Below are positions 17,418 to 38,207 of a DNA stretch of 64,000 nucleotides, one piece after another (the first letter of the stretch is position 1; each line of letters begins with the position of its first letter). The stretch is from the human T2T-CHM13v2.0 reference genome, Homo sapiens: the NCBI RefSeq assembly GCF_009914755.1, contig NC_060927.1, one strand, 5' to 3'. Both the position numbers and the translations under genes were made by a program. Below the pieces are notes generated by a model. The model was not told the DNA's origin and did no database searches. It saw only the letters and a program-made list of their open reading frames with translations.

Positions 17418-17819
17418 TGTATTAGTCCATTCTCATGCTGCTAATAAAGACATACCTGAAACTGGGTAATTTATAAAGGAAAGAAGTTTAATTGTCTCAC
17501 ATTCCACATGACTGTGGAGGTCTCACAATCATGGCGTGGTGGAAGGTAAAGGGGGAGCAAAGGCACGCCTTACATGGCAGCAGGCAAGAGGGCAAGAGAG
17601 CATGTGCAGGGGAACTCCCTTTTATAAAACCATCACCATGTGATCTCAGAGATCACATCAGATCTCATGAGACTTCACTCTCACAAGAACAGTGTGGGAA
17701 AAACCCAGCCCCATGATTCAATCACCTACCACCGGGTCCCTCCCATGACACGTAAAGATTATGGGAGCTACAATTCATTCAAGATGAGATTTAGTTGGGG
17801 ACACAGCCAAACCATATCA
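17418..17819 (-). mobile_element. THE1 solo LTR (same orientation as SUMF1)
   Basis: Minus strand begins TGATATGGTTTGGCTGTGTCCCC and ends CTAATACA; 5-bp TSD gggag at 17413-17417 and 17820-17824. Confidence 0.92.
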
Positions 17820-20055
17820 GGGAGGGTGTGAGGGGTAAACAGAATACAGGAGGTATCCACATTCCTCAACCTCCAAACTTCAGAAAGCTTGGGCCCCTGT
17901 AAGGGAACCAAACTACACACTTGTCTGTCTGTAAGACAGATCATAAGTCACCACTGTGATGGTCAGATGCAGAGTCAGAAACCATTTTCCCATTTCACAC
18001 ATGAAGAAGGAGAGACAAGTAATCAAAGTCACCCCACAACTGAGGACTGACGAAATCAGAGGTAGGGCCTTATTCATCCTGCGCAAGTTTCTCTTGGAAT
18101 GTCAAATATTTTCTGGTCAAATTTAGGGCAAATCCCATCCAAACTCACTAGACGTTTTCCTTTTCCAAGTGTCACTGTTTCTAAACATTTCAAATAACTT
18201 GTTCTTGAACTCCTGATTCTGTCTTGAAAATAAGTGCTATTCTACTAGGTTTAGGAACTTAACAAAACAAACAACTTTTAAGAGTCATATATTAGGCATT
18301 TCATCAAGGCTATACTGCAGATTGTGACATCTATAATTCCTTTTAACAGGAATAGTGTTCAGGTGTGTTGTTTACAGAGCAGAAGCAGCAGCATGAGTGG
18401 ACTGGCATCTATGATAAACCTCAACCTAAAAAGAGACAATTTTTTTTGGATGTGGTTGTCCACCTACACATTCTCTGCTCAACTGAGACAATTTCCAGAG
18501 TTACAGCACTCCCTTATATCCAGAGGAAAAAGGACTTTAACATGACCTATTTCTAGTCAACCATCTCCATAGCAACTGTCTAGGGTTTAAGTTGAAACAG
18601 CTGTATGAGTCAGCCAGTGACCAATTACAATGTAAATAGGACCCACGTGAGTTTTGAGGTCCCCTTGAGAAATGGACTTCAGAGAGCAAAGACATGTTTC
18701 CCACCTCTCCCTGGGGACATAACCAGACTTGTAGTAGCAGCTTAAAGAAAAGGAAACAAGACAGCAAAGGTGCCTTTATTCTTGCCAGAGGTGGCAAATT
18801 ATGCTTCTTATACACACACAGCCCAGAATAAAATCAGCACAGGAAAAAGAAAGCTCTGTATAATTATGCATACTCAAGTGTAAAGATGTCAAGTGCACAA
18901 CTTTACAACTGCTCTCTTAAAAATTAAATGCATTTAGACAAGCAAATTTAAAAGATGGACGTTTCTTGAAACGTAGTATAAACATGACAGCTACCCCTAT
19001 AAAAACAACCCGGGAGAATTTTTCAACTGGCATCAGTGAACAATGAGAAATTACAGATCTGCTCAAATTCATGAAGTATAAATAAAACCAGAGGAGAATT
19101 TAGCAACTGAAGGAATTAAATGGAGTAAAGAGCACACAGTAAAAATATTTCCTCAGTACCCAACACAAGTATGGAAAGCTAAGAATGAGGCTTGAATAAA
19201 GGCTAAAAACAAATTCATCATGAAAGTAGGTAGTCAAGTCTGACAGCTTACTTCAAATTAAATCCTAAATCAGGTACCCTGATGACTTAATAGACTGCAT
19301 GGGAGAGAAAAATGCCTGCTTTTTCAAACAGGGTAAAAATATTTATGAAACTTCAGGCAGACTTGAACTTTTCAATACTTTTTGGTTCAGTTCTTAGTGA
19401 AATCCCTCATGCTATAATACATTGCATTCCCAAGGCACACAATCAGTAATCAGTACACTCAAAACATTTCATGTCCTTAAGAAAGGAGTGGAAATTCTAG
19501 GCAGAATTTCTAGGCACTATTGAGAATGTGCAAAAAATGGCCCAAGGAATCTATGGACTCAAAGAAGCCTTAAAAGTGATCTAGTTTACTCATTTTCAGT
19601 TAAGATCTGCATAATTATCAGGGCAGGGGGAACTGATTTGGGGCTTGTAAAAAAAATTAACAAAAATGAGAGAAATATTTCTTATTATTTAAAAACAATT
19701 TTTACTCATTTTCATCAAATAAGTAACTGTAAATTGGTATAACCTATCTTGAAAGCAATGTGACAATATTCAGAATCATTTATTTCATACCATTTGAACG
19801 AATACATCATAGTCATTAAAAATTATATGCTGAAAAAATAAAATTTGAATAAATGTCTGCCCTTTACTGAAAGTGAAAAAAGCCAGTTACAAAAACGTTT
19901 GTACAAATTCAATTAAAAATACATCAATATATAGAGACACCCACCCACATACCCACATATCCCAAGAAAATATTAGCAGAACATATATTTAAATGTTTGT
20001 GATGATTATTTCTGGGTGGTGAGATTATGGGTATATCTAATGTTCTTCTTGTGCC

Positions 20056-20349
20056 TTTTTTTTTCTGGAGAGAGGGTCTTGCTCTGTCACCCAGGTTGGA
20101 GTGCAGTGGCACTATCATAGCTCACTGTAACCTTGAACTCCTGAGCTCAAGCAATCCTCCCACTTCAGCCTTACAAGTAGCTAAGACTACAGGCACATGC
20201 CACCACACTTGGCTAATTTTTTCAATTTTTGTAGAGATGGAGTCTCGCTACATTGCCTAGGCTGGTCTTGAACTCCTGTCCTCAAGCAATCCTCCCAACT
20301 CAGCCTCCCAAAGTGCTGGGATTACAGGCATGAGCCACCTCTCTAGGCC
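20056..20349 (-). mobile_element. AluJ
   Basis: Diverged reverse-complement Alu dimer. Confidence 0.85.
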
Positions 20350-22824
20350 CTGTTCCATTTTTAATGTCTGAAACGTCTACAGCGAACATATTTTTTATTC
20401 ATATTTTCATTTTAGTTTCTTTTAGTTTTTTCTTTTAATGGAGCTAAGACTTAATTTTACATTGAAAAAACAAAAGTAAGCAATATCAAATTAATATTCA
20501 TTAAAAATTACTTATATTCATCATTCCATTACAAATTTTATTTTTATATTCATCTTCCAGCTTCATCAGTAAGCATACACATTTTTACAGTTTTTCCAAA
20601 TTTTATATTGAATGTTTTCATTGATTTTATTGAATATTTTTCTATGTTTTATCTGAACTTCATAACGATCACTTTCAGTGGCTACCAATATTTTTGTCTT
20701 GTCAATACACTATAATTTCCGGTCTCCTAACATTGAACCATTCAGGTTATGTTCAAGTTTGTCTGTTGTTGTTTTTTTGCTATTATAGATAACACTACAG
20801 TGAACATGTTCAAACACCTTCATGTACATTTTTTGCTTCTGCTAAATTTCCACAAGTAGCATCACTGTAACCTGAGAGCGTGTCTTTATAGCCCTTGCTA
20901 AAAATCATTTACAAAAATCCTCAATATTATTAGATGGTACGGTTAGTTTCCCTCTGGAAAGACATCTGCGTGTACACCCAAGATGAAGGTATTTATTTCA
21001 ACTCTGTAAGAAGGCTCCACTTAGGTTCCTTACATTGCTAGTAGCTTACTTATAGATCTTTACAGGTCTTTTCCAGTGTCTAAAACAGGGAAATTACAGA
21101 AAGTTGGAATGCCATCTGATTGCTTCTATGTTATTTTTTCACGCCTTACAAGCTCTCAAGCTTCTGAGAAGAGAGGTCAAAGAGAAGACAGAACATAGAA
21201 AAGGCATTTTAAGAACAGGAAATTCTCCCACACACGTTGTCTTGGAGGTAAACAACAATATAAATAATCTCATTTATTATTTGTAAAAGACAGGAAAAAG
21301 AGCATCCTCAAGGGACAGGGGCTCTTGTTGCAAAGGCAGCACAGGGTCACAGCCTGAGATGATCTACTTCCTACTTATATTAACAGTAAGAGACATACAC
21401 ATGCAGATGACCATATAACATCATGGCTCTGTTGCTGGCCCTTCAAACGACAGGCTGGTACTGTACCAGCCAATCTCAGCCCACAGCCACAAGAACACAG
21501 AACAAATTCTGAACATTCTACAGAGCTAATTCCTCAGGCTGCCAGCCTGGCACATCTCATCTCACCGGGCAGCAGAACACTGCACCAGTGGCAAGGTGGT
21601 GACTGCTGATTCTCCTGCTGGTGGAGGCAAACTATGCAGGGAACATTTGCATACTTTTAAAGGATTTTAAAAGTATGCTTTTAAAGGACTTTAAAGGTGG
21701 GAAGGATCTGAGAAGATATCTACTGAAATTCCCTCATTTTATAAATGGGAAAATAGGCCCTGAAAAGCGGCAGATAGTGGCAGAGCCAGGAAAATAACCC
21801 ACGGCTGCAGGGTTACAATTCAGAACTTTTTCCACTATTCAAGCACTTCCCAACAGCTGTTTCCTGACAGTTTTCCATAAGATGGTAGTAGGTACGGAGA
21901 ATAAAAGGTTCCCACCATCAAAGGAGTCACAGTAGTTAGGAAAGCACTGGGTTACTCAAAGTTAAACTAATTTTTAATTGCAGGACTTCTGAGAATCTTA
22001 TCAAGTGTATGGTAAGTCTTGAGTAACGGGACAGATAGTAGGCACTTGAGCCAAGTGGCTAATTCTGGGTGCCAATTTTGGCTCTCCTATTACATCACTA
22101 GCCATGTAATGTTGGTTGGACAAGTGACTTTCCTCTCTGAGCCTCAGTTTCCTCAATCAGTAAAATTAGTATACTATGAAAATTTCTCATATAGGCTCGC
22201 TAGGAGGATATACCATAACAAGCACTCAACATGTAGTTAGGTATATGTGGGTAATGGCACATGACTACGAATCTATAGAATAGGTTCATGATGCTATCTA
22301 CGCATTCCGCAAATACTTGGTGAGCATCTTCTCTATGCCACTCCTGTGCTAGCCCCCGGGGATACAGAACCAAAGTACATCATTGAGAAGGGAAGACAAA
22401 CAAGCAGATGATTTCAAGCCTGTTCTAAGTACTGTGGCCAAGAGAAGCTCAATGAGCTATGGGAGCCAAAGGTGGGGCACCCAATCAAAGTCAGGGGGGT
22501 GATGCCCTGACAGTGCTTCCTGCGGGAGGTAAGAAGGAGGAGCAAGTAAGGCAGGGCAGGAGTGGGAAGGGCATTCCACACAGGAGGCCACCTGTATTAC
22601 AGGTGTACTTGAACTAATCCAGAAAACTTGGGCATCAACATTTTTTGTTAAATAAAATGTACCAAAGATCTTCAGAACCTTAGATCTGGAAGGATGCCAA
22701 AAAGTTACTTGATTTTAACCTGTACCTAAAAGCATCCCCTCTATAGTGTCTCTAGGATGAACAGAAATAAGGTAGGATGAATACCATTCCCTATTTGACA
22801 AGGGAAGTCCAGATTTATACCTGT

Positions 22825-23520
22825 TGATAGTGGGAGGAGGCAGACAAATGCCTAGGCAAATAGAGATGGGTCAATGGTGAAACCCCACCTCCAAGTGGAA
22901 GACAGTTTAAAGCCTGAAAGCCAAGCTTTAAGTCAAAGCCACAGACCGGATTGAGAACCTGCCTTCCCATTTGGCACACTTTCCTCTGATTGATCCCCAT
23001 CCTTCACTAATTTTACATATACCTACCCTTTCCTAATTGGTTTTCTACACTGCCATGCCCACCTTTGAGTGGTGTCTTTGCTTTAGCCTTTCTTTGCATA
23101 CACACAAACCAATCAGCATGCATTCCCCTATTCTGAGCCCATAAAAGCCCTGCACTCAGCCACACTGAGAGAGAAACCACCCAACTGTGGGAATGGGGGA
23201 CCACCCCCATGTCCCCTCTCCACTGAGAGCTGTTGCGTCGCTCAATAAAATTTTTCTCTGCCCTCCTCACTCTTTGATTGTCAGCATATCCTCATTCTTC
23301 TTGGATGTGAGACAAGAGCTTGGGACCCACTGAATATTGGAGCAGAAAAGGCTGTAACATCATGGCCCTCTGCCCTTCACCGGCACAGAGCAGCCACCCC
23401 ACATGACAGAAATGGTGGTGAGGCCAAGCTAGCCCTGAAGTCACAGACCAAGGTGGGGCAAGGGCATTGCTAGCAAGGTATCTCCGGCTGGCAAAAGTGA
23501 TTGAGAAAAGTCCTAAGTCA
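22825..23520 (+). mobile_element. ERV1-class solo LTR (MER50/LTR27/LTR28-like; subfamily uncertain)
   Basis: TG...CA termini, CCAAT boxes, cccataaaagccc TATA-like box, AATAAA near 23244. Confidence 0.7.
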
Positions 23521-23889
23521 GTATTATCCAAGCATAATTAAGAGCATCCCATTTCGCTGTCAAAAGTGTCTTGATTTGGACAATAAATTATGAAGTCAGT
23601 CTATGAATAGATGGTCCCACAGTCTCAGCTTGAACAATTTGGGTGACAGATATCACTTCCTGGTAGGCAGTCCCTGTCATGTTCAGATCATTCTAACAGA
23701 GTTCCCAATCTATAGCTAAACTGAAATCTGTCTCCTGGAGACCTTCCCTCTGCTGTCCCTTTCTAGGTTCCCAGGGATCAGATGGAATAGATCAAGTTCT
23801 TTTTCCATCATCTTTCAGACATTTGTAGAATAATCATAACTCATTCACCTCTTAGTCTTTAGGTTCAGTAATTTATTCAACCTTTCCCA

Positions 23890-24580
23890 GGAACTCCAAT
23901 CTCAAATTAAGGGCATCACCATCTCCCCAAAACCCAGGAGTCATACTAGATTCCTGTCTTTTCTTTTCTCTCTATGCTTTCAGAGGTACTTCCAAATATC
24001 AGATCACTTCTTAGCTTCTCTCTTCCTACCACCTGGTTCCTCAGACCCATCATCTCTCACCAGGACTATCACAAAACCCCATACAGAACCAGAGTGGTCT
24101 CTTTAAAATGTTAATTAGATCCAATGGCTTCTAACTGTGTTTCAGATGAAAACCAAACACCTTTGAGGCCTACAAAGCTCTATGTAATCCAACCCTGCCT
24201 ACTTCTCCAACCTAACCCTGACCCTACATCACAGTCCCCCTTGTTCCTCAATCCCTCCCTACTGGTCATGCTAGCCTTGCTCATTGTTTAGATTTCAGCT
24301 CAGATGTCATCACCTCAGAGAGACCATCACCAATCCTATAAATAAAAGACCCAAGAGCACAACTGCATTATACTCTAATCATTTTCTATCCATTATTCTG
24401 TTTTATTTGAATCGCAGTCCGTCGTCACAGTCAGTTATAAATTTACCTGTTTAGAGTCTGTTCCTTATTAGAATTATAACCTCCATGAGAATAAGGATTT
24501 AGATCTAGTTATCTGTTGTATCTATGGCACTTAAAACACAACCTAGCCCCTAGTACATACTGGATAAACATTATTTTTCA
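23890..24580. mobile_element. L2 3' fragment
   Basis: catcatctctcac..ccagagtggtctctttaaaatg..tcagctcagatgtcatcacctcagagag..ctccatgaga; typical L2 3' sequence. Confidence 0.6.
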
Positions 24581-25659
24581 TGAAAAAAGTCCTCTGTTCC
24601 TTAGGTTTGCATGATTTCCAAACCCCACCCCACCCCTGGGTGACCCTCTTCCGCATAAACATCAATTTTAAATAGTCTTTCAGTGGGATATCCTTTTGTG
24701 CCACTTCGTGGGCCATTGTTGCCTCATCTATAAGATTTTTTGCCAGATAATTCTGAAAGTTTCATCCATTCCAAATTCTTATTTTTGCATAAGTTTCTCT
24801 TAAAGCTAGACATCCCTCAGCATGACTCTCTACTCAACAGTTTACCTTTGTTTTCCCACAGAGGCCGACGATACAGAGTCCAATATTCGAGGGGCAGGGA
24901 ACATCAGAATCATTGTTACCTCTTAATCTAAGTTAGGCCTCAAAAGAACCAAGACATGAAAAGAAATTTAAGGTCACATTAAACAGGTATTTCAAATCTG
25001 CACCTCTGGGACCCCAGCATGCCTCACACACACTCATTCAGATCAGGTGTCTTGGAGCAGGTTAGAAAAAAATATTGTGTGCCCTGTTATCCTATTATAT
25101 TAGGTTCTCACCTTCCAGGGTTATCATGTTTTGCTTCCTGAGCTTATGCCACACACTGGCTCCTAAGTCAAGTGAACAACTACTCTTTTCAAAAAAAGAC
25201 ACAAAAGACAGTGTTACCTTCTTATCTCATCTAGTCAGCCAGCCCTGGCCTGCCCTTCCCGAATAACTCAGTTACCGTGAACCCACCTTCACCCTGTTGA
25301 CGGGGCCAGTGTTCTCTCCCCAAGGAAAAGCTGACTTTACAACATGAAATGGGTCATACCAGGTCTGAGCCCTGCTGCTTTCAAAAACTAAATGCTCCCA
25401 TAGATGATATTCAAATGGCATTCTTTCACATTTTGGCATAGTACCTGGAAGACAGTGGGACATCTAGAGTTGTATGCTGAACACACAGACCACATCTTAA
25501 GCCAGAAAGCAAATTGTCACAGAAGGAATTAGACTCACTTCCATCACTAGAAGTCAAAGAACACACCCCACTGATGGATAACAGACCTCAAGAAGGCATG
25601 AATACAAATGACAGGTCAAGAGATATGTCACCATACATATCCAGAACAAGTGAAAGCAG

Positions 25660-25990
25660 GGGTTCGAAGGAAGGACATTCTGATACATACTACAACATGG
25701 ATGAACCTTGAGGACGTGATGCTGAGTGAAGTAAGTCAGGCACAAAAGGACAAGGATTCCACTTACGTGAGGTACTTAGAATAGGAGAATTCACAGAGGC
25801 TCAAAGTACAATGGAGGTCACCAGAGGCTGAAGAGTTATTGTTTAATGAGCATACAGCTTCTGTTTATAATGATGAAAAAGTTCTGGAAATGCATAATGT
25901 TGATGGTTGTATAACACTGTTAATGTACTTAGTGCCACTGAATTTTATGCTTAAAAATGGTTAAAATGGTAAATTTTATGTTATGTATAG
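25660..25990 (+). mobile_element. L1MB-like 3' end
   Basis: acaacatggatgaaccttgagg..gatgaaaaagttctggaaatg..ttaaaaatggttaaaatggtaaattttatgttatg. Confidence 0.8.
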
Positions 25991-26641
25991 TGTACCATAC
26001 ACACACATACAAAGTATGTTATTAGTATATTCCTCCAGCCAAGGCTTCTAAGATAATCTAAGAGGATTTATTTCATAGTAAATTTCACAATTTGGTATTC
26101 CACAATAGTAAATCTTTTCAAAACATCATTGTAGCTTGGCAGAATGCTATATGAGGCATTACCAAATCTTATAAATGCGCAACAGTAAAGGAAATTTAAC
26201 TTAATTTTCAATTATATCAAGCAAAGAGATAGTCCACTGGAAGAAACTAGAACAATGTCATTTACTAAAAGGCCTTCTATGTGCTAGGTACTGTACCAGG
26301 TGGTACTGTATACATTACTTGATTTGGTCTTTGTAACAGCTCTATGGGGTAGCATTATTATAAGAGATTGATTAAAACAAGTAAAATACTAGTGAATAAA
26401 AAACTACAATGTTGTGCTGGCATGAAAAAAATGAATGAACAGAGTTGCAGAATGATCACGAGCTTTAGGTGAGACAAAACTTACAGTCTGTTCCTAACCA
26501 GGTTGATTTTGCTGGAAAAAAAAATTCCCTAGAGAATTGTAACAAGCCCCAGAGACCCGATACTGGAGGGAAAAGAATATGAACAGATGCCAACCCCAAG
26601 ATGACCCAGAAGTTGGAATTATCAAAGACTTTATTTTTTAA

Positions 26642-26927
<286 letters not shown>

Positions 26928-26939
26928 GACAAAGACTTT

Positions 26940-30930
<3,991 letters not shown>

Positions 30931-30942
30931 GAAGTTAAGTGA

Positions 30943-31238
30943 GGCCGGGTGTGGTGGCTCAACGCCTGTAATGCCAGCACTTTAGGAGGCTGAGGCAGGC
31001 GGATCGCTTGAACTCAGGAGTTTGGGAACAGCCTGGGCAACACAGCAAAACTCCATCTCTACAAAAAAATACAAAAATTAGCCGGGTGTGGTGGGCGCAC
31101 TCCTATAGTCCCAGCTACTCGAGAGGCAGAGGTGGGAGGATGGCTTGAGCCCAGGAGGTCAAGGATGCTGTGAGCAGAGATTACACCACTGAACTCCAGC
31201 CTGGGTGACAGAGCCAAACCCTGTCTCAAAAAAAAAAA
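30943..31238 (+). mobile_element. AluJ
   Basis: TSD aagttaagtg. Confidence 0.88.
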
Positions 31239-31622
31239 GTTAAGTGGCTTTTCCCAAAATCATTTGATAAATGGCAGAGCTGAGATTCAAAACCAAATCT
31301 CTCTCACTCAAAGGCTATCTTTTCCTTATGACTTTTCCAAATAAACAAGTGGGTTTGGGCAAGAAAAGTCTTAGTGGTCTCATAAGAGAAAAAAAAATCT
31401 TTCTTAAATTTCTTTTTATTTTTTAATTTTTATTTTTTTTTTAATATTAGAGATGAGCTCTCAGTATGTCTCAAACTGGTCTCAAACTCCTGGCCTCAAG
31501 CAATCCTCCGACGTCAACCTCCCAAAGGGCTGGCAGAAGCCACTGCACCCAGCCAAGAAAAAAAACTCTTAAAGCAGAATTGAAGTTTTCAAGATGGTGT
31601 TGCTTAAACTACTAGAAAACTA

Positions 31623-31965
<343 letters not shown>

Positions 31966-32717
31966 CAGATACTGAGCTATTTATCTGACTTACATGTGTT
32001 TTGAGTTATTTTAATTTACTTTTCCTATGTACTGAAACTTGCCCTTCTGAATACTTTCTGGCTTAGTTTACATTGAAGTTAACTTAGTAAAGCTTTTCTA
32101 AAAATTATTTTGGGGAGTGTGACCTTAGAATTCCGCTGGACCTCAAGGCATTTCTCATTACAACCCACACACATTCAGGTAACTGGATCGCATCCTTATT
32201 AACAGTTCTCTTTCTAGTTTAGAGTTGTCGTGCAGTTGTGATTAAATAACAGCGGGTCAGACTGCATTATTCTTTGCCTTCTGTCCCAGTCCAGTGTCAT
32301 CCAAATAACAAAGCACCCAGCACCACTTGGGCAGGATATGACTGCCTAGAAATTAGTTTTTACTGCAGGGGGAAAAAAGATGCTTGGTAATTCTCATCCT
32401 TCACTGAAAGTGACTTTCAGTTGAAAGAACTTAAAATAGCCTACTCCTCTCATTTGTCAAGGATACTTAGTCAGGAATTTGTTTCCTTAAACTGTTGATC
32501 CAGAAAGTGCCAAGCTACAAATGAAGAGATAATCCTTGTTCCTCAAGCTCCCACCAACAGCAACTGTTTTCTACCCAGCCTATGGCTATCCCTTGTGTCA
32601 AAGTTTTACGAGTCATATTAATAACACAATTATGAAATCAAAACAGTCTTTATCTTAAATACTGGAAGTATATCTTAAATACTATCCTTTTTTTCAAGAA
32701 AGGAGGGTTATCTATAG

Positions 32718-33250
32718 CAAGGGTCCCCAACCCCTGGACCACAAACCAGTACTGGTCTGTGGCCTATTGGGAACCGGGCCAAACAGCAGGAGGTGAGTGG
32801 CAGGCGAGCAAGCAAAGCTTCATCTGTATTTACAGCCCGCTCCTCGTTGTTTGCGTTACCACCTGAGCTCTGCCTCCTGTCAGATCAGTAGCGGCATTAG
32901 ATCCTCATAGGAGTGTGAATCCTGTTGTGAAGAGCTCATGTGAGGGATCTGGGTTGCTGGCTCCTTGTAAGAATCTAATGCCTGACGATCTCTCACTGTC
33001 TCCCATCACCCCCAGATGGGACTGCATAGTTGCAAGAAAACAAGCTCTGGGCTCCCACTGATTCTACATTATGGTGAGTTGTATCATTATTTCATTATAT
33101 ATTGCAATGTAATAATAATATAAATAAAGTACACAATAAATATAATTTGCTTCAAACATCCCAAAACCATCCCCTCCCCTGCCCCACATCCGAGGAAAAA
33201 CTGTCTTCCACAAAACCAGTCCCTTGTGCCAAAAAGGTTGGGGACTGCTG
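32718..33250. mobile_element. MER1A, full-length hAT-Charlie MITE
   Basis: TIRs caagggtccccaacc / ggttggggactgctg; 8-bp TSD atctatag / atctgtag. Confidence 0.88.
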
Positions 33251-33509
33251 ATCTGTAGTATAATATCCCCCCAAAAAACAAACACTGCTACAATAGCAAA
33301 ACTTGCCTTAATCCCTTCTGGGACTTAATATCTATACCTTTTAAGATTCTTGTCTCAAATTAAACGTCCAAATAATAATCATGAGTAATTCATGATTAAT
33401 TCATGATTATTACTTCGATAATAATACTCTGTTTTAAACCATTAAATTCACCAGTTTAAGATATTTTTACACACAAACTCTGAAAGCTAGCTCAATGTTT
33501 TACCTCAAA

Positions 33510-36000
<2,491 letters not shown>

Positions 36001-37019
36001 ATCTAGTTGAGAATGAGCTTGATCAATTCAAATGACTAGAGAGACATGATCACAGAGAGTATTAAACATGTATAGTCACTTGTAGAACTGAGATTAGTTG
36101 AGAGCTAAAATGGAAAGAGTACTCTCTATAATGGACATATGTTTCAATAATACAGAAATAGTACAGTATTTTAAAACTAGGGGAGAAACAGGAAAAGCAT
36201 ATATAAATGTTTGGGAGTTTTAAAAACCTATTCTCAGTAATTACACTGGGGATGGTAGCATTAGTATTATTGAGACCACTGTGTATGTAACCTGGGATAA
36301 AATAAATGCGTGATTATAGACTAGTCTATCATCCCCTGTGTCCTTGAAAACCAGTATTCCTGCTGTGGAAGAAAGGAGATAGATGTAATACAGAACAGGT
36401 TAAACTAAAAATCACAAAATGGAAGTATCAGTGTATACTCATTTTGGCATTTTATCTCAGTCTGTCCACTGCAGAGGCCTAGAAACAATGACCAACCTAA
36501 TAGCAATGAGCATACCCAGGGCCTAGACAGGGTCCTCGAAATACTGTTTTCTACTACAAGATACTAGAGCTTCTTAAAGAAATGGCTTTAAGGATGAGGG
36601 GTAGGGGAGGGAGCAGATCTTGGCCTCACAAAAAGCAAAGCTATGAAGCCATGAAGCCATGAAGGACTACTAGGACTGAAGCACTGCTAGGACTCAGGAC
36701 AGTTGCTTAAAGCTGGGGATGGGAATCGGTAATGACCACAAATGGGCATGTGGTTTCTTTTAGGGCTGATAGATATGTTCTAAAATTAGATTGTAATGAT
36801 ATAGATAAATTTTTGATACAACCCCAAAATAAGTGAGTTGTATCAATGGTCAGCTTTCTAGTTGTGAAACTGGACTATATAAAAAATATGGAATTATACA
36901 CTTAGTATGGTAAAACCTATGGTATGTAAATTACATCTCAATAAAGCTGTTGGAAAAAAAGATATGCCCAAACCTTCAAAAGGGATCATGGTTTCAGTGT
37001 AAAATAAAATATGGCTTGT

Positions 37020-37334
37020 TTTTGTTTTGTTTTGTTTTCTCCCCAGAGACAGGGTCTCACTCTGTCACCCAGCCTGGAGTACAATGGTGCCATCACAGCT
37101 CACTGAAACCTCGAACTCCTGGGCTCAAGTGATCCTCCCACCTCAGTCTCCTAAGTAGCTAGGACTATGAACACATGCTACCATACCTGGCTAATTTTTT
37201 GTATTTTTTGTAGAGATGGGGTCTCTCTCTCTCTCTCTTGCCCAGGCTGGTCTTGAACTCCTGGCCTCAGGTGAACATCCTGCTTCGGCTTCCCAAAGTG
37301 CTGGGATTGTGGGCATGAGCCACCATGCCTGGCC
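37020..37334 (-). mobile_element. AluJ
   Basis: Reverse-complement Alu with (TTTTG)n tail; TSD-like ataaaatat. Confidence 0.85.
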
Positions 37335-37844
37335 ATAAAATATATTTAAATCCATGAGTTCATGAAGACTTTTTTAAATCCAGTGATTACACAAATCTAC
37401 ATTTGTGGCAAAATTGTACAGAACTAAATATATACACAGACACACAAATGAATAATATAAAACTGGTGAAATCAGACAAAAACAAGTGGGTCATATGAAT
37501 GCTCAATTTTCCAGCTGTGAAACCGTACTATAGTTATATAAGATGGTACCATTGGAGGAAACTGGGTGAAAGGTACACCAGATCTCTCTGTATTATTTCT
37601 TACACTGCATGAGAACATATAATTATCTTAAGATGAAATATTTAATCAAAAAATACTCTAATTGGTCACCTTTGAAGAACAGTAGGGAACCAATTCATTA
37701 TCTTAAAAGCTAGTAAAGAATCAAGCATTTATCCTATCTGTCCTGTATGACCTGCAACAATGGTTAAGAAATAGTAGATGATGGAACTATCTCTTTATGA
37801 AAGTATCTCCATTAATAAATGAAAAAGATTAGATTATCACCATC

Positions 37845-38207
37845 TAATATGGTTTGGCTGAGTCCCCATCCAAATCTCATCTTGAATTATAGCTCCAATA
37901 ATCCCACCTGTCATGGGAGGGACTCAGTGGGAGGTAACTGAATCATGGGAGCAGGTTTTCCTGTGCTGTTGCCATGATAGTAAATAAGTCTCACGAGATC
38001 TGATGGTTTTATAAAGGGCAGCTCCCCTGCACAAACTCTCTTCCCTGCCACCACGTAAAACGTGCATTTGTTCCTCCTTCACCTTCAGCCATGATTATGA
38101 GGCCTCTCCAGTCATGTGGAACTGTGAGTCCATTAAACCTCTTTTTCTTTATAAATTACCCAATCTTGGGCATGTCTTTATTAGCAGCACGAGAAGAGAC
38201 TAATACA
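37845..38207 (+). mobile_element. THE1 solo LTR (antisense to SUMF1)
   Basis: atatggtttggctgagtccccatccaaatctcatcttgaat...ctaataca; 5-bp TSD ccatc on both sides. Confidence 0.92.
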
